A DNA stretch of 57,023 nt, filler included, from Squatina squatina (Eukaryota), in the NCBI GenBank assembly GCA_031763465.1. It is 3 parts of 3 records of this genome, joined end to end, with 100 filler letters (N's around TTAATTAATTAA, not from the genome) between each part and the next. Parts side by side here need not be neighbours in the genome. Positions count along the whole stretch, not along the records: positions 17,762 to 38,806 come from JARFOE010000235.1; positions 38,907 to 57,023 come from JARFOE010000149.1; 1 more part is not named here. One strand, written 5' to 3'. How positions within the stretch are numbered: position 1 is the first letter of the stretch; every line of letters starts with the position of its first letter. Position numbers and translations under genes: made by a program. Under the pieces are notes generated by a model, which was not told the origin of the DNA, searched no databases, and worked only from the letters and a program-made list of their open reading frames with translations. Below are positions 35,851 through 47,555 of this stretch, piece by piece.

Positions 35851-37633
35851 ATTTCTTAGGTTTTGACTTTTAAAATACACCCAAAACAGATGACAGTAAA
35901 GGTAAGGAACTGTTCTGAATATGGCATGCAGAAATCTATTTACTTATGCATCAGGGAGGTGTGGCTTGCCAAACCTCAACAATGTTGGTGATTTCATTTA
36001 TGCTAAGGAGACTGGTAAGCTCCATCTGCTGCAGTGTAAATCTAATAACGGCAAAGCGACTGAAGCAAAAGATATGAAGTGTACCATTACCAGCATTCAG
36101 TCAGCCTGCTTGATTAGGCACATGTCTCCTGCAAGCTGGTTGCATCACCTATTTTGGGTTCCAATCTCCTGTGTTCAAGCTTGTGAATGTTTCAAACTCT
36201 CGTGTTATATTCAAAAGAAATGTTTGCAGCTTTAAATATAATACAACAATACTTTAATCACTAGTTATTGCAACTACAGTTTTCACAATACTGCACTTGA
36301 AACTTGATGCTTTCTGAAATGAAAATGATTTTCAAAGGTGAGCACCTTCTGATTCACCCAGTTCAGCTCTGGTTTGTCATAAAATTTTGAACGATGAAGT
36401 CTTCCTCTTCAGCTCCCATCAACAGGTAAGTCCCTCAATTCTTGACTCTATCAACCTCCTTGGCTTCCATGTTGAACTCAGTCTTGAATCTTGGCATACT
36501 GCTCAATCCAATGGTGACTTCTTCCCCCTACATTTGTGTATAACAAAACCAGTTTCTTCCATCTCCACAATATTGCTTGTCCCTGTGCATACTGCCGAAA
36601 CCGTGATAGAGAACTGGCTAACCGGTAGAAGTCAGAGAGTGGTGGTGGATGGAAAATATTCCGCCTGGAGCCCGGTTACCANNNNNNNNNNNNNNNNNNN
36701 NNNNNNNNNNNNNNNNNNNNNNNNNNNNNNNNNNNNNNNNNNNNNNNNNNNNNNNNNNNNNNNNNNNNNNNNNNNNNNNNNTGTAAATTCTATGAGTCAC
36801 ACGCACCCACCCCAGTCAGTTATCCCCACATTGTATAAAAGCAGGATTCAAACACACGATCTGTCGGGGAAAGGACAACATGCGAATATCTGCCACCCAG
36901 TACCTCACGGCAATTCCTCACCATTTCTGTTTGATTTGCACGTTTCCCCTTCATTCAGCGAGTAGCCATAAACAGGCCATCTCGCACACCAACAAATCTG
37001 CAGCACGCAGCCGCACTTGTATATGAATAACGCGTGAATCAGTTCAATCAGAGCTTCTTCATTCGAAGTATCTTTTTTTATTTTCTTTTTTTTTATAAAA
37101 AGCCAACTTCTCCCAACACAATAAGTAAGCAACTTGGTGATCAAGCTGGGACCAGACTGAGGGCGGAGTCTGCCAACCCCAGCCTGGGGAAACGGCAATA
37201 AGGGTTCCTCTTTGCAGCCTGCTCCTGCCAGAATAGCAACATCAACCTAAACACAGCTGGATTTCACAATGAAAGTCAGCAAAAAGAAAGTACACAGGCT
37301 TCATGACAATTTCAGAAACAATCGAGATGACTTTACTGTTTCACAAAGAAAGCAGAGCAAAGGCAAAACAAGTGAAACAGACAGTAAATTGAAAGTATTC
37401 GACAATTTGAAAACCTCCCAATGACCGCAACTTCTAGAATTTTCTATTTCAAATACCAGCACTAACATACAAGATACACAGTTCACTACTCTAAATAAAA
37501 ATCCATTCTGTAGTGTCCCTTTTTCTTTCAATGGTTATGCAGATAAAACTATGCATTGTAGTTTCTAACAGGGATTCAAAGTGTAAGCATCTTTGTGTTT
37601 GCAAGAGAATGCGTGAAACACAAATGCTGGGAT

Positions 37634-38389
37634 TTAATTGTCCCATCTGCTCCTCTTCTTTCTGGGAGGCGGTTCTGGCACAGCAAAGCCATCATTCTTG
37701 GTGGGACTGGTCCGACTGCTGCTTCTGCTNNNNNNNNNNNNNNNNNNNNNNNNNNNNNNNNNNNNNNNNNNNNNNNNNNNNNNNNNNNNNNNNNNNNNNN
37801 NNNNNNNNNNNNNNNNNNNNNNNNNNNNNNNNNNNNNNNNNNNNNNNNNNNNNNNNNNNNNNNNNNNNNNNNNNNNNNNNNNNNNNNNNNNNNNNNNNNN
37901 NNNNNNNNNNNNNNNNNNNNNNNNNNNNNNNNNNNNNNNNNNNNNNNNNNNNNNNNNNNNNNNNNNNNNNNNNNNNNNNNNNNNNNNNNNNNNNNNNNNN
38001 NNNNNNNNNNNNNNNNNNNNNNNNNNNNNNNNNNNNNNNNNNNNNNNNNNNNNNNNNNNNNNNNNNNNNNNNNNNNNNNNNNNNNNNNNNNNNNNNNNNN
38101 NNNNNNNNNNNNNNNNNNNNNNNNNNNNNNNNNNNNNNNNNNNNNNNNNNNNNNNNNNNNNNNNNNNNNNNNNNNNNNNNNNNNNNNNNNNNNNNNNNNN
38201 NNNNNNNNNNNNNNNNNNNNNNNNNNNNNNNNNNNNNNNNNNNNNNNNNNNNNNNNNNNNNNNNNNNNNNGGACAAGTAGGGATGATGCTGAGACTCCCA
38301 GCACTAGTCCAGTTGCTTGTACCAGCGGCGGAGCCTGTGATCTTCGGAGCACTACCAGTGGCTGCAACAAAGTGTGATTTGTATTGTGA
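37634..38389 (-). CDS. DDX42: DEAD-box helicase 42 (SF3b125) terminal exon; middle 541 nt are N
   Basis: TACTAAC branch point (38414-38420) and ttttattccaccag| acceptor; SQYKSHFVAATG...WTSAGSL at the start and DGFAVPEPPPRKKRSRWDN* at the end, matching human SQYKSHFVAAS..WTSAGSL / DGFAVPEPPKRKKSRWDS; AATAAA on the minus strand at ~37077. Confidence 0.93.
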   Translation of the reverse strand, partial: SQYKSHFVAATGSAPKITGSAAGTSNWTSAGSLSIIPTCXXXXXXXXXXXXXXXXXXXXXXXXXXXXXXXXXXXXXXXXXXXXXXXXXXXXXXXXXXXXXXXXXXXXXXXXXXXXXXXXXXXXXXXXXXXXXXXXXXXXXXXXXXXXXXXXXXXXXXXXXXXXXXXXXXXXXXXXXXXXXXXXXXXXXXXXXXXXXXXXXXXXXXXXXXXXXXXXXXXXXSRSSSRTSPTKNDGFAVPEPPPRKKRSRWDN

Positions 38390-38850
38390 CTGGTGGAATA
38401 AAACAAGCACATTGTTAGTATGCAGCGGTGTACAGCTTCAAACATCAGTCTTAGCACTGCAGGTACTGGGCCTGCACCAGCAACACCACATCTGTGGGCT
38501 GCATTGCAATGTGCTGCTACTTCACATTACTTATCACAAAATACGATGTAATGAACAAGTATCTGTGTTGGAACGGTCTAGTGTGGCTGAAAAGTCTGAG
38601 GTTTTCACTGATTCCCCTTTGCAGTATACTGAAGGACAATGTGGTAACGTATTGTAAGAGACTCAGGTGGCCTTCGACGCTCTGCACTATTGCTGAATAT
38701 ATATGGTTTACACTCTGGGGTCTCATCGCAAGGAACCTATTATTTTGATTCAAACTGCCGATCGTGGTGTTCACAAAAAAGGATTAAACCTCACGCCTTC
38801 ACTGCGNNNNNNNNNNNNNNNNNNNNNNNNNNNNNNNNNNNNNNNNNNNN

Positions 38851-38862
38851 TTAATTAATTAA
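38851..38862. other. Artificial assembly linker TTAATTAATTAA
   Basis: 44 N + 12-mer + 44 N, as at 17706. Confidence 0.95.
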
Positions 38863-38906
38863 NNNNNNNNNNNNNNNNNNNNNNNNNNNNNNNNNNNNNN
38901 NNNNNN

Positions 38907-39990
38907 GAGGGGTTGCAATGAAGGTTCACTGGATTGATTTCTGGGATGAGAGGGTTGTTCTATGAGGACAGATTGAGTAAAATGGCCCTATTCTCTGGAG
39001 TTTAGAAGAATGAGAGGTGATCTCATTGAAACACAGGATTCTGCAAGGGCTTGACAAGGTAGATGCTGAGAAACTGTTTCCCTTGGCTGGAGAATCTAGA
39101 ACTAAGGGACATGGGGGTCGGAATTGCCCCTTTTTGCAAAGCCCATTCACTCCTCTNNNNNNNNNNAGGAGTGAGCGGAGGCATCATCACCATGCGCGGT
39201 GACCCCTTAGTGGCACACGCCAACCCCTTAACCGCCCCATAGCAGATATTGCCTCGGGTCCCATAAGGCTGGCATGAGCTGTATCAGCGCCCACCTCGCG
39301 GGCGTGATCTGGACCAACATCCGCTTGTGGGCTGGAAGTTAAAGGGGAGGGTTGGGAGAGCCCTGCGCCGCCATCATGGTGGTTTTGCTGACTCACTGGT
39401 TGACTGGAATCCTTGACCGCTCGCGTGGTCCAGGCCGCAATTGTGCAGCCCGGCACTCCACTTTGGGTGTCGTGTTGCAGCCTTGGTACCACATTGCCCT
39501 GGTGGCCAGTGGAGACCATCAGAGGCTGTGCAGAGTGTGCAGCAGCCCTCCCCTTTAAGGAAGTGAAGGGGAGGGAATTGAAGCACGTCAGCACTATGTG
39601 GAGCATCCGCGTAGGGCTGCCGATTGTACCCCATTAGTGCCGCTGGACCCGTCCCAAGAGGAAGTGGAGCATGCAGGATTGCGCTCCACTTCTGAGAGGC
39701 GGTAAGGGCAATTTCGCGGTTTGGGTGGGACTTCCGCGCCAGGCGCGGGAAATCCAGCCCCGAGCAGGTTACTGCCCCCATTCGGGCTTCTGGGGAATTT
39801 CTTCCCCAGCTCAGTGTTGAGTATATTCAAGGCCAAGATCAATAGATTTTGGCCTATAAGGGAATCAACGGATATGGGGATCATGCTGGAAAATGGAGTT
39901 GAGGTCAAAGATCAGCCATGATCTCATTGAAAGGCAGAGCAGGCTCAAGGGCCTGCATTGCCTACTCCTGCTCCTATTTCTTAAGTTCTT
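38907..39990 (+). mobile_element. CR1 3' end split by a MITE
   Basis: CR1 ORF2 end at 38907-39112 (agaagaatgagaggtgatctcattgaaac..gaatctagaactaagggacat) resumes at ~39790 through to the tail cctactcctgctcctatttctt. Confidence 0.8.
39113..39788. mobile_element. PIF/Harbinger-type MITE (same family as 7150-7425)
   Basis: Ends gggggtcggaattg...gaatttcttcccc; GC-rich; internal homology to 7150-7425 in reverse orientation; contains a 10-N gap. Confidence 0.65.
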
Positions 39991-40349
39991 TAAAAAAAGA
40001 TAATTTACTTGGCCTTCAAATTGTACAGTGATATGAAAGTTTAATGCTTAACATGATCAGTTGATATTACTTATCTCCATTTCTTAAAAGAAACATGTTA
40101 ATTCCTCTGTAAAGTATTGAGCAGCGAATTTCAATAGAAAGTGTTAAGTGATTAGCTGTTAGTATTTCATGATGTAATTCAAGATTGTTACCATTATAGA
40201 AATAGGTACCCACCCAGTCATTGCCAGTTTAGTGGAATGGGATGTGTGCAAACTCTAACGATCTAACAAGAAAACATGTGTATCATTACTTCTTGGCAAT
40301 TTGATGAGCTGCTGAAAAGCAGCCTTTTGTTTTTGATATTAATGGTGCT

Positions 40350-40796
40350 AATGGTCCGAATTTTCAAGATTAGAAACGCCCCACCCAAAAAAACAAGCGC
40401 ATTTATTAAACAAATCAAAATTGAGAGCGGCCAATTCGACCATTAATGCCTGCACTAAAGTTACGCAAAATGGGTGTTAACAACCTAACGATGATTTTCA
40501 GCGGTAAGTGGTTCGCTTATCTTTTCGGGCCCCCTGAACCCGGGCGCTAAAGGGCGTTGGACCGGGAACACTCCTAGCGCAGCGGCCGGCGGTAGAGGGC
40601 GGGTGTGACATCATCATTGGGCGCAGCACTCAAGATGGCCGCCCACCCAACAATTTGGCCCGCTTTTTTGGGCGCTATCACCTGTTGGGGAGTGATGTTG
40701 TAATTATTTTTAAAAAGAAAATTAGTGTTAACATTTTTTTAACTTGTGATTTTTTTTTGGTAAATGGGGTTGTAGGTATTGTTAGAAAGTGAAAAA
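40350..40796. mobile_element. CpG-rich MITE-like fragment
   Basis: Starts ggtccgaattttc; CpG-rich body with gggcgct repeats; ends in a gap. A similar fragment at 42835-43070 ends ggaaattccacccc. Confidence 0.45.
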
Positions 40797-41554
40797 NNNN
40801 NNNNNNNNNNNNNNNNNNNNNNNNNNNNNNNNNNNNNNNNNNNNNNNNNNNNNNNNNNNNNNNNNNNNNNNNNNNNNNNNNNNNNNNNNNNNNNNNCCAC
40901 TTGTCACAGTTGGAACGTGTTTTTGCTGGACCAACAAGATGATACAGGTGAATGGATAATTTAATTAAAAATTCAAATATACAGTACTAGAGAGAATTGA
41001 TCGGAATGAGGCAGAACCAAATCTTTTTCTGAATATTGTATATAAACTCACCATTTTCCATCATAAATGGAAAATTACTCAATGTCTATATTTATGAGAT
41101 CAAATCAACTGTGTAATGTGGTTGCTGGAGTAATCGCAATGGAAGCTTGCGACCCTAAAGGCATAGGCACACTGAATCTCAGAGGAAGTTTGGAAGAGTC
41201 CAGTGGGAGGGTGCGGGAAGGAGAAATGGAAAAAGGAAACTTTGAGCTGTCATCTGGGAGACTTGAGCTCTTGCCTGGAAAACTTCAACAACTCTCCATG
41301 GAACTCTGACTATGAATTCAGGGACCCCAAAGTATCAATAGGCAATTGCATTAAGAAGCCTGAGAAAGCAACTCTTTTTATGGTTCTGTTGGTAGGCGCA
41401 ACTGAGTCATGCAGATCAGCTGATCCAGGACTTTGCCAAATAGCTGACAGTTCACCTGCTGCAACTGGCCTCAGCACCTTGACCATCAATCAGGAATCTC
41501 ACTTCTCATTACCACCCGAAAACCACAGGTAAGGAAAGTACATGTATGTCGCCA

Positions 41555-42268
41555 TTAGTGGGTGCAGGAATAGAGAGACCTGGGGGTATATGTGCACAAA
41601 TCATTGAAGGGGGCAGGGCAGGTTGAGAAATTGGTCAAAAAAGCATACGGGACCCTGGACTCCACAAATAGAAGCATAGAGTACAAAAACAAGGAAGTTA
41701 TGATGAACCTTTATAATCGGCATCAACTGGAGTATTGTGTCCAATTCTGGGCGCCGCACTTTAGGAAGGATGTGAAGGCCTTAGAGAGGGTGCAGAAAAG
41801 ATTTCTAAGAATGATTTCAGGGATGAGAGACGTCAGTTACGTGGATAGACTGGAGACGCTGGGGTTGTCCCCTTAGAGCAGAGAAGACCGAGAAGAGATT
41901 TGATAGAAATGTTGAAAATCATGACGGATCTGGGCAGAGTAGATAGATAGAAATAAACTGTTTCCATTGGCAGAAGGGTCAAGAACCAGAGGACACAGAT
42001 TTAAGGTGCTTGGCAAAAGAACCAAAGGCGGCATAAGAAAAAACTTCTCTACACAGCGAGTGGTTAGGATCTGGAATGCACTGCCCGAGGGGGGTGATGG
42101 GGGCAGATTCAATCACTACTTTCAAAAGGGAGTTGGATAAGAACTTGAAGGAGAGAAATTTGAAGGCTACAGGGAAAGGGCGGGGGAGTGGGACTAGCTG
42201 AAGTGCTTTTGCAGAGAGCTCGACGGGCCAAATGGTCTCCTTCTGTACTGTAACCAGTCTATAATTTT
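41555..42268 (+). mobile_element. CR1 LINE 3' end immediately upstream of an LMBR1L exon
   Basis: EYKNKEVMMNLY..LEYCVQFWAPHFRKDVKALERVQKRF; tail gggccaaatggtctccttctgtactgtaac. Confidence 0.9.
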
Positions 42269-42298
42269 ATCTAATCTGCCCTGTCTCTCTCTCTGCAG

Positions 42299-42402
42299 GC
42301 CTGTGGAATCTTGTTTTCCTCTTCTCCAACATCTCTCTGGTGTTCCTGATGCCTTTTGCATACTTCTTCACTGAATCGGAGGGATTTGCTGGCTCAAAAA
42401 AG
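42299..42402 (+). CDS. LMBR1L: LMBR1-like membrane protein, exon 5 equivalent (not in the ORF track)
   Basis: ctctctctctgcag| ... aag|gtgaga; 104 nt; GLWNLVFLFSNISLVFLMPFAYFFTESEGFAGSKK, where VFLFSN and AYFFTESE are LMBR1L-type rather than LMBR1-type. Confidence 0.9.
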
Positions 42403-43196
42403 GTGAGAAGGGTTATTGTTGTGATACACACTTGTTGGAGTTGAGTGTGGAGGGGCGGAGGTGGGAGGAAACATCCTTAAGATAAACCCTTTCGGATATG
42501 CAATTACAGTCTGATTGATTCTACTCTTACAGAGTGTTACTTTGTGCTTGTAACTTAAAAAATGCCATATGAAATTGACTTTCCAGCTAACGACCCAAAT
42601 GATTGAAAATGCATTCTCCCATTGAACTACTCACCCTTCATTCCTTTGCCCTTTCACCACCTCGTCTTGTAAATTTGCTGCTAATGGGAGGCACTCGGAC
42701 ACTTTATTGGTTTTGACGGTGGTGTAATACTCTTNNNNNNNNNNNNNNNNNNNNNNNNNNNNNNNNNNNNNNNNNNNNNNNNNNNNNNNNNNNNNNNNNN
42801 NNNNNNNNNNNNNNNNNNNNNNNNNNNNNNNNNNGTGGCTGCCATCTTGATTTGTCAGCCGACTGATGCCGGGCTGTGCCGTGACCGGGTTGCCATTCCC
42901 TTGTCCAGCTGGCCTGCTGGACTATTGGCCCAGTGGCGGGCCGCGGGGAACCGTTGCGGCAGCCCTGCCCTTTTAAGGGAGTGGGTGGGGCCGCCAATGC
43001 AATCATCAGAAAATACCACCTCCCGAGCTTCATCGCCCAGGAATGGGGCGCCAGGAAATTCCACCCCCCCCACCCCTTGTTTTGGGCACACTTGGTTCTG
43101 CTTTCTTCCGTCCGCCGCTCCCCAATACATCTGATGCTCTAGGACTAGTTGTCCGGCATGTTGAGTATTTTTTATTGTACCTTAACTTCAATGCAG

Positions 43197-43287
43197 TTAC
43201 CTAATGGTGTCATCAGTTGTTGGGTTTTACAGTTCTCCATTTTTCATCAAACTTGCCCCCAGGAAGCAGGACACCACCATGACCAAG
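43197..43287 (+). CDS. LMBR1L: LMBR1-like membrane protein, later exon (about exon 14 equivalent)
   Basis: caatgcag| ... aag|gtaggt; 91 nt; YLMVSSVVGFYSSPFFIKLAPRKQDTTMTK; preceded by CCTTAAC, a U12-like branch site (43180-43186). Confidence 0.9.
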
Positions 43288-43456
43288 GTAGGTGTTAAAC
43301 AGTCTGTTTAAAATCATTTCCTCTTTGAGGATTATAAAAACACTTGNNNNNNNNNNNNNNNNNNNNNNNNNNNNNNNNNNNNNNNNNNNNNNNNNNNNNN
43401 NNNNNNNNNNNNNNNNNNNNNNNNNNNNNNNNNNNNNNNNNNNNNNAGGCATGAAA

Positions 43457-43480
43457 AGAGAGAGAGAGAGAGAGAGAGAG
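43457..43480. repeat. (AG)n microsatellite
   Basis: About 12 AG units; a (CA)n run also occurs at 26853-26883. Confidence 0.9.
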
Positions 43481-44694
43481 AAACAAACAAAAGAGAAACA
43501 CAGTTATGAGGCTCTTCCTGAACTTAAAAAAAACAAATGTGTCCATGAGCACTGGCACCAAAGATGAACTCTCATTACAGCAACCGATCCTGTGCCACAA
43601 AAATTGCCAAACTGTCTCAGAAACTTGAGGGAAGAAGCGAACGCCTCAGTTACAGGATGCACTTCAGTCATCAACTTTTCCAAACCAGTATTAACCCGAG
43701 CAAGCATTTTAACATCAGCATGTCTTAACACTTGCATTTGGGCCCCTCAGCCTACCGAAGTTTGAAGGAAGTTCCCAGCTGACCATGAGCAGCTGGCCAC
43801 ACAATCAGCAAGTACTTTGCTCACTGGCTGTTTAAGATTCATGGCTGGATTAAATTGCCAGCAACCGGTGCATGAGCAGTTGTTACAGTAACGAGTTTGA
43901 AACTTCCTTCACTCTTGGTCAGGTTGAGAGAAGTAGAACATAGACGCTTAGCTACTGATTAAAATAACTTATCCCTGACTTGCCACAAGGATTGCCACAG
44001 GGGAGTTGCTAGTTTTTGTAAATAACTAACCGTTCTTAATTTGTCTGAAAGCAAGCAAGGCTACAGGTTGGAAAAACTTTATTTTTTACACAAGACGGAT
44101 GTTGAACAGACTCCCAGAGAAGTTCCTGATTTGGGATCAAGTGACACTTGGATCAATACAAATTGAAAAAGGGGACTGAGGGTTATGGAAATATTAATAG
44201 CAGCACTTGCTTTTTCTTTCAGAGGAGGTAGGGGAAGGAACTTCGTGTTCTTTAGAGTGGGGATCAATAGGTTATGGTGTGGGAGGGAAAGTTCATAGAA
44301 CAAACATTCAGATTTTGGATGGAGTCATAGGCTTGATGAGCTGAATGACCTTTCCTTGTTCTGGACTTTGTTCTTACGATGTGATTTCATCATACAACTG
44401 TCTGAAAATGGAAACTTCCTTTTAAAAATAAACTGCGGTAAAGGTAGTCATAAGTACTGTAGAAGTCTTTTTTTGGTAGCAATTTTCCTGCATGATTTGT
44501 CAGTTTTCTGAATGAGCCTACACTTTTTTTTGGCAGTTAATGGCCAACCCTTCAAGTATGCAGTTAATTCTTTCACATCCTGCAAATTACTTTGTGCTGT
44601 ATTGATCTCTGGAAAAGCCTCCTGTGGATTGTGAGCAGAGATGAATTATACAGACAGAAAAGAACATGACAATTGCTTTAATCCTGGAGCCTAA

Positions 44695-46835
44695 AAACAT
44701 ATGGACAAGGAGCAGGGAGCCTGCTCCACCATTCATTGAGATAATGGCTGATCTTCGTCCTCAACTCCACTTTCCTGCCCAATCCCCATATCCCTTGATT
44801 CCCCTAGAGTCCAAACATCTATCTATCTCAGCCTTGATTATACTCGATTACTGCAAGTCCACAGCCCTATGGGGCAGAGAATTCCAAAAATTCTCAACCC
44901 TCTGAGTGAAAAATGTTCTTCTCATCTCAGTTTTAAATGGCCGACCCCTTATCCTGAGACTATGTCCCCTAGTTCTGGACTCCCGAGCCAGGGGAAACAA
45001 CCTCTCAGCATCTACCCTGGCAACGCCCTTCAGAATCATTTATATTTCAATGAGATCACCTCTCATTCTTCTAAACTCCAGAGACTATAGGCCCAATTTC
45101 TCCTCCTAGGACAACCCTCTCATCCCAGGGGTCAATCTAGTGAACCTTTGTTGCACTGTCACTAAGGCATGTATGTCCTTTCTCAGATGAGGAAACCAAA
45201 ACTGTGTACAGTACTCCACGTGTGGTCTCAAAAGCCCCCTCCGACTGTAGTAAGACTTCTTTACTTTGTACTCCAACCCCTTTGCAATAAAGGCCAACAT
45301 GCCAATTGCCTGCTGTACCTGCATGCTAACTTTCAGTGTTTCCTGTTTGAGGACATCTAAATCTCTCAACGCCAACATTTAATAGTTTCTCACCATTTGA
45401 AAAATATTTTGTTTTTCTATTCCTCCTATAACCTCATATTTCCCCACATTATACTCCATTTGCCACCTTATTGCCCACTCACTTCACCTGTCTATATCCC
45501 TTTGTGTCCTCCGAACAGCNNNNNNNNNNGGTTTATCCCAGCTATCTGTTGTCTGTCCACTAACCAATCCTCTATCCATGCTAATATATTAACCCCGACC
45601 CCATGAGCCCTTATCTTGCGTAGCAACCTGTTTATGTGACACCTTATCGAATGCCTTTTGGAAATCCAAATATATTACATCCACTGGTTCCCCTTTATCT
45701 ACCCTGCTAGTTACATCCTCAAAATACTCTAATTTGGCAAATACCTTTCATGAAACCATATTGACTCTATCTAATCATATTATGATTTTCTGAGTATCTT
45801 GTTACCACTTTCTTAATAATGGATTCCAGCATTTTCCAGATGACTGATGTCAGGCGAACTGGTCTGTCGTTCATGGTTTTCGTTCTCCCTCCTTTCTTGA
45901 ATAGTAGGGTTACATTTGCTACCTTCCAATCCACTGGAACCATTCCTGAATCTAGGGAATTTTGGAAGATCACAACCAATCCACTATCTCTGCAGCCACC
46001 TCTTTTAGAACCCTAGGATGTAGGCCATCAAGTCCAGGGGATTTGTCAGCTTTTAATCCCATTAGTTTCTCAAGTACTTTTTCTCTACTGTTATTAATTA
46101 CTTTAAGTTCCTCACTTTTATTAGCCCATTGGTTCCCCACTATGTTTGGAATGCTTTTCGCGTCTTTGACAGTGAAGACAGCTACAAAATATTTGTTTAA
46201 ATGTATATTCATTGAGAATTTTGGAATATTTCTTTAAATGTTTGCTACTGCTTATCTACCGTCATACCTTTTAGTCTAATTTCCCAATCTACCTTAGCCA
46301 ACTCGCCTCTCATACCTATTTAAGATTAATACTCTAGTTTTGAATTTAAGTATGTCACTCTCAAACTCAACGTGAAATTCTATCATATCATGATCACACT
46401 CTTCCACAGAGGATCCTTTATTATGAGATTACGAATGAACTCTGTCTCATTACACAAGATCTAAAATAGCCTGTTCCCTGGTTGACTCCACAAAGTATTT
46501 TTCTAGAAAACTGACTCAAATGCAGTCCATGAACTCTTCCTCCAGACTACCTTTGCCAATTTGATTTGCCCAGTCTAAATGAAGATTTAAGTTCCCCACG
46601 ATTATTGCATTACTTTTGTTACAAGCTCCTATTAGTTCTTGATTAATGCTACTGTTAGGGGGCCTATAAACTACTCCTACCAGTGTTTTCTGCCCCTTGT
46701 TATTTCTTATCTCCATCCATACGGATTCTACTTCCTGATCTTCCAAAACAAGATTCTTTCTCTTGCCTTTATTACCAGGGCTACCCCATTTCTTGTTCAT
46801 TCTTCCTATCTTTTCAAAACATCAAGCACCCTGGA
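44695..46835 (-). mobile_element. CR1 LINE ORF2 (endonuclease to 3' UTR), decayed with deletions
   Basis: VESVWMEIRN..LVGVVYRPPN; KSPGLDGLHPRVLKE; VPVDWKVANVT; RGHSLRIRG..FFTQRV; 3' UTR at ~44700. Confidence 0.92.
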
Positions 46836-47495
46836 ATACTCAGGAATACTCTGGAATTGCAGAATACAAAACAATGGCAAAAAATCTCATTAAAAAATGT
46901 AATTTCACTTACTCAGTCACTATAAACCAATGAGCCAGATTATAAATTGTAATTCACACACGTAGCTATACCTGCTGAAACATCTTCAATGAAAGAACTA
47001 GCCAGTCTGATGTCACTCTCTCGGAACATTGCAAATTACATTAAGTGGATTGGAGTGGGGTTTATTTTCCAGATAAAAACAAAGGTCAGCTGTAGCAACA
47101 GATGGTCGTGGAACAGCTTACTTGTTTAACTGATTCCTTCGATTAACTCAAAATTAAACACCAATAAATTAATGTTGCACTCATATTCTGAAGTATCTAA
47201 ATATGATTCCTCACCCATTTGTGCCAGTCAGTTAGTACGGTAACACACTGAAAGACAAATCTAATGAGACATTTGATGACCTGTAATCTTCACTGCTTTT
47301 ATAAATCTCTCATGCTTTTTTGTTGCACTGTGCATAATATTGGAAACAAAATATTCAGTGGAGAATGTCACATGCTCAACAAACAAGTATTTCACAATGA
47401 GAGCATTTTAGTATTTACCAAATGGCTGAAGCTGGAGATGGAAAGGGGACGCTATCACTAACATTGTGCTGGCAGTTGGACAGCTCAGAGCTTAC

Positions 47496-47555
47496 CAAGA
47501 TGATCAGTGCAACTCTCCCAACACCTTCTGCATTTATTCTTGCAATCACTTGAAT
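47496..47555 (-). CDS. Candidate 60-nt exon, unidentified gene
   Basis: cctttctttttttctcatacag| and ttg|gtaagc; open as (D)SSDCKNKCRRCWESCTDHL (phase 1) or IQVIARINAEGVGRVALIIL (phase 0). Confidence 0.6.

Noticed and set aside
34226-35880. His/Thr-, Val/Cys- and SLSDTGN-repeat ORFs
   Set aside because: Products of the (TG)n and 33-bp tandem repeats; only 34792-34911 is real coding sequence.
36413-36425. 13-nt microexon (ttcag|ctcccatcaacag|gtaagt)
   Set aside because: Not frame-preserving, no recognisable peptide, and the surroundings look like decayed LINE sequence.
37513-38657. Several 190-340 aa ORFs
   Set aside because: Length comes from the 541-N gap; only the minus frame matching DDX42 is supported.
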